Virus record (IMG/VR): IMGVR_UViG_3300025770_000870 | Coordinates: 62,001 to 126,000 of that record | DNA: 64,000 nucleotides | Reading direction: 5' to 3' (one strand) | Part shown: positions 19,301 to 28,394 of the stretch, piece after piece | Layout of the letters: the number at the start of each line of letters is the position of its first letter | How positions within the stretch are numbered: the first letter of the stretch is position 1 | Notes under the pieces: generated by a model | What the model was told of the DNA's origin: nothing | Database searches by the model: none | What the model saw: only the letters and a program-made list of their open reading frames with translations | Made by a program: the position numbers and the translations under genes

Positions 19301-19735
19301 TTAAAGTTTACGATATTTTAATATTATATCTATATGTGATGTTTCCATATCTTTGATATGTTTTAATTTGGAATATGAATGTTTTTTATTCATACGAGAG
19401 TCATCTATATGATTAAATTCTCTATATGTTAACTTCCAAAGTTCTAACCCATATTCTTTCTGTAAGAGTGGTAATGCGAAGTTAAGAACTCCCATAACAT
19501 CATAGACTTTAAATCTACTAAAACTTGGTAAGGTATATCTTTCTACAATCTTATCGATTTCTATTTTAACGTGTGGTGTCAATTCCATATTCATTTTAAC
19601 TTCAACAGTAAACCCCAAATCACTTAATTCGATTAGAGATTCCTCCACAACATATTTTAAATCTGTTGAAGTATCCTTCTTTTTCTTAAAGAAAGAAAAG
19701 TTATTAAATAATTCATATGTTTTGATATACTCCAT
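19301..19735 (-). CDS. Leader-tagged paralog-family protein
   Basis: MEYIKTYELF; VEESLIELSDLGFTVEV; TAATATATA at 19740-19748. Confidence 0.75.
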   Translation of the reverse strand: MEYIKTYELFNNFSFFKKKKDTSTDLKYVVEESLIELSDLGFTVEVKMNMELTPHVKIEIDKIVERYTLPSFSRFKVYDVMGVLNFALPLLQKEYGLELWKLTYREFNHIDDSRMNKKHSYSKLKHIKDMETSHIDIILKYRKL

Positions 19736-19758
19736 TGTTTATATATTATTTAGGTATT

Positions 19759-20463
19759 TCATTTATTCTTAAATATTTCTAAATCTTTGAAGATGGTATC
19801 CAATAACATCTTTAATCCTTTTTTAGAACTAACAATATAATTAATATATTCTTTAAGGACCTTTTCATTATTACATTGTAGTTTTAATAAATATGATTCT
19901 CTTCCTTGTAAACAAGAGATTGGGTGTATCTCAAAATGTAAGTTATCAACTTGTGTGTAACTCTTATTATTAACAGGGCTAACTTCATCTAATGAATTAT
20001 ATGGTGATGATAGTTCTGGTTTATATTCATTATTAGTATAAGTTATAAATTTATACTTACCATCATCTTCCAAACCATATTTATCATCTGTTGTGAAGTC
20101 GGTATGCCAATCATCTATATAATTGATTTGATCAAATCCTATATCAATTGTATTCGCAGTCGTTGACCAATAACTTTTTTCCAAAGATTTATCATAAAAT
20201 GATAATTGTTCTAAAACTTGCATCAATGTTTTGAATGTATAATGTTTATAAGCATTAGCACCACTTGGTCCCTCACTATCTTTATTACCATCATATTTTG
20301 TTATGATGTATTGTTCTTCGTGTTTATAGAAAAGGAATTTAATACCATCGACAGCCATTACATGAAATCTAGTAATTCCATTATCTATTAAAGTATAATC
20401 TAATTCATTATCTTTTATAAATTGTATAATCTTATCTTTATCCTCTTTGGTGATTTCTATCAT
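19759..20463 (-). CDS. Hypothetical protein
   Basis: 234 aa; shares the palindromic promoter with ORF 20489. Confidence 0.75.
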   Translation of the reverse strand: MIEITKEDKDKIIQFIKDNELDYTLIDNGITRFHVMAVDGIKFLFYKHEEQYIITKYDGNKDSEGPSGANAYKHYTFKTLMQVLEQLSFYDKSLEKSYWSTTANTIDIGFDQINYIDDWHTDFTTDDKYGLEDDGKYKFITYTNNEYKPELSSPYNSLDEVSPVNNKSYTQVDNLHFEIHPISCLQGRESYLLKLQCNNEKVLKEYINYIVSSKKGLKMLLDTIFKDLEIFKNK

Positions 20464-20466
20464 AGT

Positions 20467-20486
20467 TTTATATATTAATATATAAA
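20467..20486. promoter_or_regulatory. Perfect 20-bp palindrome containing back-to-back TAATATATA boxes
   Basis: TTTATATATTAATATATAAA fills the 25-bp gap between divergent ATGs. Confidence 0.75.
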
Positions 20487-20488
20487 GT

Positions 20489-20935
20489 ATGAAATACTTG
20501 AGAACTTATAAAATATTTGAGTCTGTTGATTTGGTTGAGTTGGAATCAACCGTGGATGATATATCTTTAGAGATAAAGGATTTGGGCTATGAAGTAATGA
20601 TTTATATGCTAAGGAACTTCGTTAGTGTTGAAGTAATATCAAAAAGGTCAGAAAATCTTTATTCTAAATGGACGCAAGATAGGGAGAATTTTTCAAAGAA
20701 GGAATATAATAAGTGTTCTGAGGTTTTGGATAGATTGGAAGATTTTTTGAAATCGGAAGGTATGTTAATTTATTCAAAGAACTTAATTCGGGTATCACAA
20801 GTTAATTACTCAAATTATTCACAATTCGAACATGGTGTATGTGATCAAGGGTATGATAGCACAGGTACTTGGGAATATAACGTGATGTATCATCTTCCAC
20901 CTCCAAAACCTTTATATCCAAGAAAAATAAAGTAA
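20489..20935 (+). CDS. Leader-tagged paralog-family protein
   Basis: MKYLRTYKIFES; VDDISLEIKDLGYEV. Confidence 0.75.
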   Translation: MKYLRTYKIFESVDLVELESTVDDISLEIKDLGYEVMIYMLRNFVSVEVISKRSENLYSKWTQDRENFSKKEYNKCSEVLDRLEDFLKSEGMLIYSKNLIRVSQVNYSNYSQFEHGVCDQGYDSTGTWEYNVMYHLPPPKPLYPRKIK

Positions 20936-20940
20936 TAGTT

Positions 20941-21636
20941 ATGATAAATTGGCAAGGGTATGAGTGGTTGAGTGAAGAGAGATGGGGAGAATATCACCCA
21001 AATAAACCTATTGTTTGGTATGATCCATCAGCTATTGAGATAGACTCCCTCGATGTTCTAAAACTAAAATGTAGGTCTAATCCAAAAACTTTTGATGATA
21101 TTATCATCCCAATTGGTACCGGTTTGATATCTTGTACTACTGAGTTTGGATATGGTAAGTTTGAGATATGTGCTAAGTTACCAGATGGTCCTTTTGTTTG
21201 GCCAGCATTTTGGATGTGGTCTTTTGATTCTTGGCCACCAGAAATAGATGTATTTGAGGGTTATACTAATAAAAGGAATAGTTATTTTAATTGGAGTTTA
21301 CGTTCTTTACTTGGTAAATTCTGGGCAGTTAATTCGAATATACATCTTGGATCATCACCAGATAATTATATGATGGGTGCAAAATCTCATTGGTTGGGTT
21401 GGAAAAGTCCAAGTAAAGTTTTTAATAAGTATGGTGTAATTTGGACAGATAAAGAAATAAAAATATTATTTAATGATAGAGTTGTTAGGGAAATAAAAGA
21501 TGAAAAGGTTATAATCCAGTTACGGGGTAAGAAGATGAATGTTATAATAAATAATTCTATACAAGATGGTTATATGGAAACTGATAGACCGGCTCATGAA
21601 ATGATAGTTAAATATTTCACATACGAAAAATACTAA
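20941..21636 (+). CDS. GH16 glycoside hydrolase (laminarinase-like)
   Basis: YGKFE..AKLP.G..WPAFW...EIDVFE (ExDxxE). Confidence 0.9.
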   Translation: MINWQGYEWLSEERWGEYHPNKPIVWYDPSAIEIDSLDVLKLKCRSNPKTFDDIIIPIGTGLISCTTEFGYGKFEICAKLPDGPFVWPAFWMWSFDSWPPEIDVFEGYTNKRNSYFNWSLRSLLGKFWAVNSNIHLGSSPDNYMMGAKSHWLGWKSPSKVFNKYGVIWTDKEIKILFNDRVVREIKDEKVIIQLRGKKMNVIINNSIQDGYMETDRPAHEMIVKYFTYEKY

Positions 21637-21716
21637 CCAAATAATTCATTGGTTAAGTCTTTGTTTTTGTGTGGTAAAGAATAAGATGTTGATAATACAA
21701 ATTAATATATACAATA

Positions 21717-21923
21717 ATGAAAAATTTGAAAGAGAGTGATAGTTGGGCTGGTTCTAATTACGCTTATAACCAAACAATAGTACCTAGAAATACTGAGATA
21801 TTTAAAGTAAATGATCCTATATCCTATAAGTGTGATAGTTGTGAGTTTGAATTTTTCACTTATACTAAAGAGCAAGACTACTGTACCCTTTGTGGATCAG
21901 AAGATATAAAACAAATAAATTAA
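21717..21923 (+). CDS. Zn-ribbon protein with short leader
   Basis: CDSC...CTLCGS; TAATATATA at 21703-21711. Confidence 0.65.
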   Translation: MKNLKESDSWAGSNYAYNQTIVPRNTEIFKVNDPISYKCDSCEFEFFTYTKEQDYCTLCGSEDIKQIN

Positions 21924-21925
21924 TA

Positions 21926-22282
21926 ATGAAATTAAAAAGATTTAATGAGGATATCACAGATGATTCTGTTATACCAACAGGAATTCCCAATCCAGAGAAT
22001 GATATGTTCCAAACAAGTATATTTGCTGATATAGAAGGTGATTTGGAAGATATGTCACCCGGAGAAGCAGAAGATTATCTATCAAGTATAATTGTTTTCT
22101 GTAACCAACAGATTAAAGGCATCATTGAGGAAGAAGTGGATGAAGAAGAAGTGGATGAAGAAGATGAAAGAAGATATGATGATAGAGAAAATTATGGTAC
22201 AGATGATGAATCAAGATATGATGATACAGTAGCACGTAACATCAGAAATTATAAATACGGAAACCATCCTGATGAAAAATAA
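21926..22282 (+). CDS. Leader-tagged acidic protein
   Basis: Start MKLKRFNED; EEEVD repeats. Confidence 0.7.
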   Translation: MKLKRFNEDITDDSVIPTGIPNPENDMFQTSIFADIEGDLEDMSPGEAEDYLSSIIVFCNQQIKGIIEEEVDEEEVDEEDERRYDDRENYGTDDESRYDDTVARNIRNYKYGNHPDEK

Positions 22283-22517
22283 TAATAAAATAATGAAAAA
22301 AATAATTAAAAAAGTAAAGTGTTATTTTGAGAAAGTTAAGAACTTCTTAAATAGATTTAATCTAATAAATGGTTGGAAAAATGGATCAGGTTCTAAACAA
22401 GGAGATAAATATATTCTCGAATTAAGACTTGGTAAGTTAACTGTGGTTGAGTTGGATATTGATTTGAATAAATCATTTAGATTAACATTATTTAACTTTG
22501 CTATATCCTTTAAGTAA
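22272..22517 (+). CDS. Hypothetical protein
   Basis: 81-aa ORF coupled to the previous gene. Confidence 0.6.
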   Translation: MKNNNKIMKKIIKKVKCYFEKVKNFLNRFNLINGWKNGSGSKQGDKYILELRLGKLTVVELDIDLNKSFRLTLFNFAISFK

Positions 22518-22518
22518 A

Positions 22519-22773
22519 TCACTTTAATGCTTTATATGACTCGTTATACATGAAATGATATAACATGCCTATGATCATGGAAAAGATGCCTATGATTAGT
22601 ATTGGTGATATAATAACACCAATGCTTTTATATCTAAACATAGATAAAAGTAATACAAGTCCACCCAAAGATAAAAACAATAATGTTTTTATCTTAATTG
22701 ATGATAAAAATTTATCTACATCACCACCATAATTGGTATCTACTATTTTCTTAACTTCCTTTTCAAATTCCAT
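22519..22773 (-). CDS. Two-TM membrane protein
   Basis: Two hydrophobic segments. Confidence 0.6.
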   Translation of the reverse strand: MEFEKEVKKIVDTNYGGDVDKFLSSIKIKTLLFLSLGGLVLLLSMFRYKSIGVIISPILIIGIFSMIIGMLYHFMYNESYKALK

Positions 22774-23114
22774 TATTTACTTAATTTATCCTTTAGTTTT
22801 ATTAATCCAAACATTTGTTCTTCTCCTCGGCCATCGAATTTACGTTTATTATTTAATATCCATTCTAAATCAACAATTCTTTTATTACAATTCTTTATAT
22901 AGTAAACACCATACTTAATTCTTGAAGATTTAAGGTTATTCCAATCAGCAATCATAACTTCGTCTATATCAATATTTTTATTTTTTAGAAGAACCTTCAT
23001 GAAATTAAACGACCTTATAGTAAGTTGTGTTTTTATATCAACTATATTTTTACCTCCTTTGAAGGATTGTATTATGGTTCTATCAACCATCTGTAATATT
23101 TTTTCTGGACTCAT
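22773..23114 (-). CDS. Hypothetical protein
   Basis: TATATTTG 4 nt before ATG. Confidence 0.7.
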   Translation of the reverse strand: MSPEKILQMVDRTIIQSFKGGKNIVDIKTQLTIRSFNFMKVLLKNKNIDIDEVMIADWNNLKSSRIKYGVYYIKNCNKRIVDLEWILNNKRKFDGRGEEQMFGLIKLKDKLSK

Positions 23115-23283
23115 ATTACAAATATAGTAAATTAATTTGAATATATAAAGTTTATGTCGGATTTTTTTATGGTACTATCAAATATAAACAAATGATATAA
23201 AATAAACAAATGATATATTATTTAATATATAGGTGTGTTAGTTTTGCTATTTGTGTAATGATATTTAATTTAAAATAAAAGTT

Positions 23284-23538
23284 ATGGGAGAAGATAATCA
23301 TAAGAAGGATCAACAAGAAGTTATTAAAAAACAAGCTAGTTATCTCGAAAAGTCTATAAAGGAAAAGACAAAGGAACTGAAATTTGTACAAAACACCTGT
23401 AAACATCCAGAAGAATCGATAAAACTTAAAGATATGAATCCAAGTGGTGCATCTGATATAAGAAAATGTTGTGATTCTTGTGGACATGTTTTAGGATATC
23501 CGAGTAAAACTGAAATGGATAATTGGATAGGTAAATAA
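23284..23538 (+). CDS. Coiled-coil/Zn-binding small protein
   Basis: CKH...CDSCG; TAATATATA at 23223-23231. Confidence 0.65.
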   Translation: MGEDNHKKDQQEVIKKQASYLEKSIKEKTKELKFVQNTCKHPEESIKLKDMNPSGASDIRKCCDSCGHVLGYPSKTEMDNWIGK

Positions 23539-23546
23539 TTACTTTT

Positions 23547-23999
23547 CTATATTAATCTATTATCATTTAGTAAACCAGTACCCAAAGCCGCGGTAGTAGC
23601 TAATACATCACATCTTTCATTTTCTTCATGTCCGTTGTGCCCCTTAACCCAATTAAAATTTATATTGAAATTGTTGTGTATGTTTAAGTATCTTCTCCAA
23701 AGGTCTTCATTTTTCTTACCGCCAAAGTTTTTCTTCTTATCCCAATTAAAAACCCATCCTTTGCTAATAGAGTCAACGACATATTTTGAATCAGAATAAA
23801 CTTCTATTCTATATTTGGTATTTTTAATTGCTTCTAAAGCAACGATTATAGCAAGTAACTCCATTCGGTTATTCGTTGTGTGGATATATCCTTGTGATAG
23901 TTCTTTGACTTTACCTTTGAACTTCATGACAACTCCATAACCACCCGGACCAGGGTTACCACGAGAACTACCATCTGTATATATGTAAATTTTATCCAT
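23547..23999 (-). CDS. rnhA: Ribonuclease HI
   Basis: IYTDGSSRGNPGPGGYG, TTNNRMELLA, SDSKYV, WVKGHNGHEENERCD. Confidence 0.97.
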   Translation of the reverse strand: MDKIYIYTDGSSRGNPGPGGYGVVMKFKGKVKELSQGYIHTTNNRMELLAIIVALEAIKNTKYRIEVYSDSKYVVDSISKGWVFNWDKKKNFGGKKNEDLWRRYLNIHNNFNINFNWVKGHNGHEENERCDVLATTAALGTGLLNDNRLI

Positions 24000-24307
24000 T
24001 ATATTTTTATGGATTTCCATACCTCCACGGGGTTATTTTTTTGTTCAACTTTGAAAACACTTTTAAATGGTGTTTTGAAAACTCTAACTGTTATACCTGT
24101 TTTTGAATTAGAAAATTCTTTGATTGATTTAAAATCATCTGTTCCATAAGAATATAAAGATTTGAATCTCTTGTCGATTTCGCCTTTTTTATTTATGCGA
24201 TTAATCAAATAACAAAAAGAGTTTGATTCTTTAATTCCTGTATAAAACCTAGTCATTACTAATCTACGTTTGGTATCTACTTTTGGGGAAAATTTTTTGT
24301 ATCTCAT
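23999..24307 (-). CDS. Basic hypothetical protein
   Basis: TATCTTTG 4 nt before ATG. Confidence 0.65.
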   Translation of the reverse strand: MRYKKFSPKVDTKRRLVMTRFYTGIKESNSFCYLINRINKKGEIDKRFKSLYSYGTDDFKSIKEFSNSKTGITVRVFKTPFKSVFKVEQKNNPVEVWKSIKI

Positions 24308-24335
24308 AATACAAAGATACGGAAAATAATCCGAA

Positions 24336-25061
24336 TTACAAAATCGACTTTATCTCATTTACTTTATCCTCACTCAATAACTTAGACATAACTCTCCAAA
24401 ATATATCATCATTATCAGCCATTGATTCTGATAATCTAAAAATAGGAATTGGTTTTTCTATATTTTTTAATTCCATCTCAAAGATATAAAACAACATAAA
24501 TTCTTTAGATATCAAAATAACTTCTGGATTATCAACTAACAATTTATCATAATTATCACTTTTCATTATATCAAATGATGCTGGGTAAAAATGTTCGATA
24601 AGTCTGTTATATAAATGGAATCCAATAGATGCTTTAGTATCACCAAATAATTTAGTATTAGCTTCTATTCTAGATGTTCTATTTATAACAGTCCCAACAT
24701 AAGTATTTAATAAACCTGTTCCAACTTCCCATATGTTACCGGAGTCAGATCCTATACCAAATGATGCTTTTACTCCAGTGATACTAACAAAGTCATTACA
24801 TAATTTATTTAAAGCTCTGTGTGTTGATAATAGATAAGCGTATCCTTCAATATAATTTTTATCTGATAAAAATATTGTTAATACTCCATCACCGGTTGTA
24901 CCCATATGTATATCATCGGATATAATATTAGCTATATCTGATTGTATTTGATAATAAGACTCGATGAAATTTAAAAATTCATTGGATTGTTTATATTGAA
25001 AGTTTTCAAATAACCCACTAAAATTCCTGATATCTGTTAATATTGTAGTCGCTGATTTCAT
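24336..25061 (-). CDS. Stand-alone class III adenylate/guanylate cyclase domain protein
   Basis: LTDIRNFS, GDGVL, G..IN.TSRIE motifs; TATCTTTG promoter. Confidence 0.85.
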   Translation of the reverse strand: MKSATTILTDIRNFSGLFENFQYKQSNEFLNFIESYYQIQSDIANIISDDIHMGTTGDGVLTIFLSDKNYIEGYAYLLSTHRALNKLCNDFVSITGVKASFGIGSDSGNIWEVGTGLLNTYVGTVINRTSRIEANTKLFGDTKASIGFHLYNRLIEHFYPASFDIMKSDNYDKLLVDNPEVILISKEFMLFYIFEMELKNIEKPIPIFRLSESMADNDDIFWRVMSKLLSEDKVNEIKSIL

Positions 25062-25110
25062 AAATACAAAGATAGATAAATTTTATCATATATCAATATA
25101 TTATAAGTAT

Positions 25111-25380
25111 TTATATTTTATTCCTAGATTTTTCTTCTTTACCACAAAAAAAACATTTAATATATCTTTTATCATCACTACCAACTATCCTTTTATCACA
25201 TTGACTTAGACACTTAGCCTGTGGTATAACTTCTTCTTTACCAACTAACTTAATTCTATTTGGTTTGAAGAATTTAATCACAACATCATCACCATTTTCA
25301 GAAACGACCTTACCTAATCTACCTCTCACAGTAACTATATCATCTTTTGTGAATTCTTCAAATAATTTTAAATGTAACAT
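25111..25380 (-). CDS. Leader-tagged small protein (KOW/SH3-like plus Zn ribbon)
   Basis: MLHLKLFEEF; TAATATATA at 25385-25393. Confidence 0.7.
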   Translation of the reverse strand: MLHLKLFEEFTKDDIVTVRGRLGKVVSENGDDVVIKFFKPNRIKLVGKEEVIPQAKCLSQCDKRIVGSDDKRYIKCFFCGKEEKSRNKI

Positions 25381-25431
25381 AAGTTATATATTATAATTAA
25401 TATATAAAGAAATAATAAAAAATATAATTAT

Positions 25432-25818
25432 ATGAAATATTTAAAGAAATTTTTCGAAGACCTTGAGGAAGCTCAAGAAGAAGTAGTACAGGCACAGAGT
25501 GAAGGTGATATGGATGCTTGTATTGAGGCTTGTAATAAATGTGCTGAGATATGTAAAAGGTGTGCTGATGAGTGTGCTAAGAATGATAATGAAGAGTGTG
25601 CTAAGAATTGTACAGAATGTGCTTTATTATGTGAATTATGTGCTACAGCTTGTGAGAGTGGATCAACTAGATCTAAAGATATCTGTGAGTTGTGTGTAGA
25701 TTGTTGTAAAGACTGTGTTGAGTCATGTGATGATTGTGGTTCAGAAACTTGTACAGAATGTTCAGCGGCTTGTAATGTTTGTATAGAAGAGTGTATGATG
25801 TGTCTTGAGTCCATGTAA
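25432..25818 (+). CDS. Leader-tagged Cys-rich four-helix bundle, copper-storage (Csp/DUF326)-like
   Basis: MKYLKKFFE; 25 Cys in CxxxCxxC helical repeats. Confidence 0.8.
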   Translation: MKYLKKFFEDLEEAQEEVVQAQSEGDMDACIEACNKCAEICKRCADECAKNDNEECAKNCTECALLCELCATACESGSTRSKDICELCVDCCKDCVESCDDCGSETCTECSAACNVCIEECMMCLESM

Positions 25819-25836
25819 AAAAAATATTTAGAAAGT

Positions 25837-25989
25837 ATGCTTAATCGAAAATATATAACGGAGTCTGAATTTATTAATTGGCTTAAGGGATATTTAGATG
25901 CTATTGATGCTAATAGTATAACCTACAAAGAGTATGAAAAAATATTAGAAAAATTAGTATTAGTCAAGCCTAAAGATTACGAAGATTGA
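25837..25989 (+). CDS. Small phage protein (50 aa, not in ORF track)
   Basis: MLNRKYITESEFINWLKGYLD... Confidence 0.55.
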   Translation: MLNRKYITESEFINWLKGYLDAIDANSITYKEYEKILEKLVLVKPKDYED

Positions 25990-26011
25990 GTCTAAACTCA
26001 TTACAATATTA

Positions 26012-26626
26012 TTAATTTTTTATAATCCCTAAATCTTTTAATGCTAGATAACCAAAGTAAGCTCCGAATAGAGCCATAAATAAGAATCCTGACATAACAC
26101 TAACGATAATTAATAACACTGATGTTACTAAAGAAACTTTAGCCGCTATTGAAAATGCTTGTCCTCGGTTGATTCCTAATTTTCTACTTTTTATTGATAA
26201 TAAATCTCTTAAAATTCTACCACCATCCATTGGATATATTGGGAGAATGTTAAATACGAACAGTAATAGGTTAACCATCATAAATGAATCAATGAATGTG
26301 TTTGGATAAACAAAACTAATCAACATTCCAATGAAATATAGAGTTAGATTACTTATTGGACCTGCGGCCGTGATTGGAATAGAATCTCTCTCGTGTATAT
26401 TAGAATCAATAGAGGCAGATCCACTAAATAAACCAACCTCAATACCATATACTCTATAACCCCTTCTGTTAGCTACAAAAGCGTGTGCCATTTCATGCAA
26501 TATTACTGATATAAAAATTGAAACTGCAATCGGTATTGGTGTTATTATAAATATAATCAGGAAGAGTAGGTTCAGATTAACTGGTGTTCCCTGGAATGTA
26601 AATAACTTAAATATTAAATTTGTCAT
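26012..26626 (-). CDS. Site-2 protease (peptidase M50)
   Basis: HEMAH, AGP.SN, FNILPIYPMDGGR. Confidence 0.92.
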   Translation of the reverse strand: MTNLIFKLFTFQGTPVNLNLLFLIIFIITPIPIAVSIFISVILHEMAHAFVANRRGYRVYGIEVGLFSGSASIDSNIHERDSIPITAAGPISNLTLYFIGMLISFVYPNTFIDSFMMVNLLLFVFNILPIYPMDGGRILRDLLSIKSRKLGINRGQAFSIAAKVSLVTSVLLIIVSVMSGFLFMALFGAYFGYLALKDLGIIKN

Positions 26627-26742
26627 AACTAATTTTTCTTTGCTTTATATTTCATTTATACAAATATAGTTATATTATATCAAGAACCATAAAAAGTGTT
26701 TAATTATTTAATATATAATTGTATAAAAATCACTACAAAAAC

Positions 26743-26958
26743 ATGGCATTACCGATGGTATCTTTTAAGGAATTTGTAAAAAACCCAATAGTGGCTCTAT
26801 TATTTATGTGCTTAATGGCTATTGGATATTTATATATTGATAATAAATCAACATTAACCACACAAATAGAGACTCTACAAGTAGAAGTAATTAACTTAAA
26901 GAAGGATTATAAAGAATTGAATGATAAATTCATAGAAACAATACAAAAAATGAAATGA
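26743..26958 (+). CDS. Single-TM coiled-coil protein (holin/spanin-like)
   Basis: F.KNPIVALLF TM followed by coiled coil; TAATATATA at 26709-26717. Confidence 0.65.
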   Translation: MALPMVSFKEFVKNPIVALLFMCLMAIGYLYIDNKSTLTTQIETLQVEVINLKKDYKELNDKFIETIQKMK

Positions 26959-27542
26959 AAAATTTTTTAGTTATATTTTCAGCATTTTGTTTATTATTAA
27001 CATTAGTGGTAATAATCAGAAGTAATCAACATATGTATGAACACGATTATGAAGATGCTCAATCTAATATAGATAGTATGAAAATTGAAAAAGACAGTCT
27101 ATTTCAATTAGCGGATGATGTGTTAGATATCGTTTTTCATGAAAAAGAAATGAAGGACTCTATCGTTAGTAATTTAGACTATCAAGTTAAGAATAGTGAA
27201 ATTACTATCGAACAACAGGTTCGTCAACTAAAGGAATTATTAAGGGAATCTAATGAATCTAATGAATTTGCATTAGAACAAAAGGATATAGCTATACAGG
27301 TACAGAGAATGGCTCAATTAGAAAAGGAAAAAGCTGAAATGGCAAGAATGATATCACAGAAAAAATATCAAGAACTTCTAAAAGAGAATATGATGTTATT
27401 GGAAGAGATAAAGAACTTTAAGGAACTTACTGAAAAAGTTGTGTTAGATAATATCGAAATATCTGATACTTTAAGTGTTGATGATATAGATATCAAAAAG
27501 GATAAGAAGAAGAAAAACAAGAAGAAAAAGAATAAAAATTAA
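26955..27542 (+). CDS. Membrane-anchored coiled-coil protein
   Basis: N-terminal TM, long coiled coil, Lys-rich tail. Confidence 0.7.
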   Translation: MKNFLVIFSAFCLLLTLVVIIRSNQHMYEHDYEDAQSNIDSMKIEKDSLFQLADDVLDIVFHEKEMKDSIVSNLDYQVKNSEITIEQQVRQLKELLRESNESNEFALEQKDIAIQVQRMAQLEKEKAEMARMISQKKYQELLKENMMLLEEIKNFKELTEKVVLDNIEISDTLSVDDIDIKKDKKKKNKKKKNKN

Positions 27543-27598
27543 TCTAAAAATTTGATTAGTTTATCATCTCTATTTAAATCTTTATATCCACTAAAATT
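27539..27598 (-). pseudogene. Orphan 3' end of a C-terminally tagged gene (..GYKDLNRDDKLIKFLD*)
   Basis: Fills the gap after the EEP gene; carries the RDxKL tag but no start codon. Confidence 0.4.
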
Positions 27599-27600
27599 AT

Positions 27601-28332
27601 TTACAAAATTATTATGATTGGTAAATGATCTGATAATTTTCTTTTATCATTTTTATATTCAAACTCAAAAACCTCAGAATGGTTTATCTTAATACCCCTT
27701 TCTACAAAGAAATGGTCATAACTATTTTTACTAATACTACCATCCCTTTTGAATGTGGTCGGCTCACCCACCAAAGGACATTGGAAATTTACCAATAGTG
27801 GTATATAAATTATATGTTTAGATGTTAGATTAAAATCCCCACAAAGTATTCCATCTTTATAGTTATATAAATGTTTTATTTCTCCTTGTGGGTTTTTTGA
27901 CGCTGGTACAATGTGAACTTGTCTTATTATAATTTCCTCACATTTATATTTGAAGTGAGCAATATAAGGTTCTCTATTAATCGAATCCTCTAATGTTACA
28001 TCTAAGTAAGCTGTGTCTAATTCAACATCTTTACTATAAAGGTAAGCGTATCTTTCTGTTCCTCTACCAGTAGTCTTGTCGGATATAACATAATTATAAT
28101 TTAATATGTTTGCTAATTGTATAATACAAGAGTCCCCATACTTATTTGTCACCAATTCCTGAATAGCTATTATATCAGCATTTGATTGTATCATAACATC
28201 AGCTATTGCTGGTACAATGGTATCTTTCTTGAATTTTGATTCTCCTAAATATTGTATATTCCAAGACATAATAACCTGAGAGAAGGTTATAGTTGGAAGT
28301 AAAAGTGATAGTATTAAGATTATTTTTTTCAT
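27601..28332 (-). CDS. Secreted endonuclease/exonuclease/phosphatase (DNase I-like)
   Basis: Signal peptide; SWNI, AIQE, GDFN, YDH, LSDHLP. Confidence 0.9.
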   Translation of the reverse strand: MKKIILILSLLLPTITFSQVIMSWNIQYLGESKFKKDTIVPAIADVMIQSNADIIAIQELVTNKYGDSCIIQLANILNYNYVISDKTTGRGTERYAYLYSKDVELDTAYLDVTLEDSINREPYIAHFKYKCEEIIIRQVHIVPASKNPQGEIKHLYNYKDGILCGDFNLTSKHIIYIPLLVNFQCPLVGEPTTFKRDGSISKNSYDHFFVERGIKINHSEVFEFEYKNDKRKLSDHLPIIIIL

Positions 28333-28394
28333 GTAGTTATATATAAAGATATACCCTTGTAAATTATTAGACTATTTATTTAATATATAAATAC

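Noticed and set aside
22128-22165. GAAGAAGTGGAT repeats, and the Ala-rich GC patch near 55380-55425
   Set aside because: Low-complexity coding sequence (EEEVD, poly-Ala), not separate elements.
23184-23217. Tandem ATAAACAAATGATATA repeat in a divergent promoter region
   Set aside because: Only two AT-rich copies; could be an operator but unsupported.
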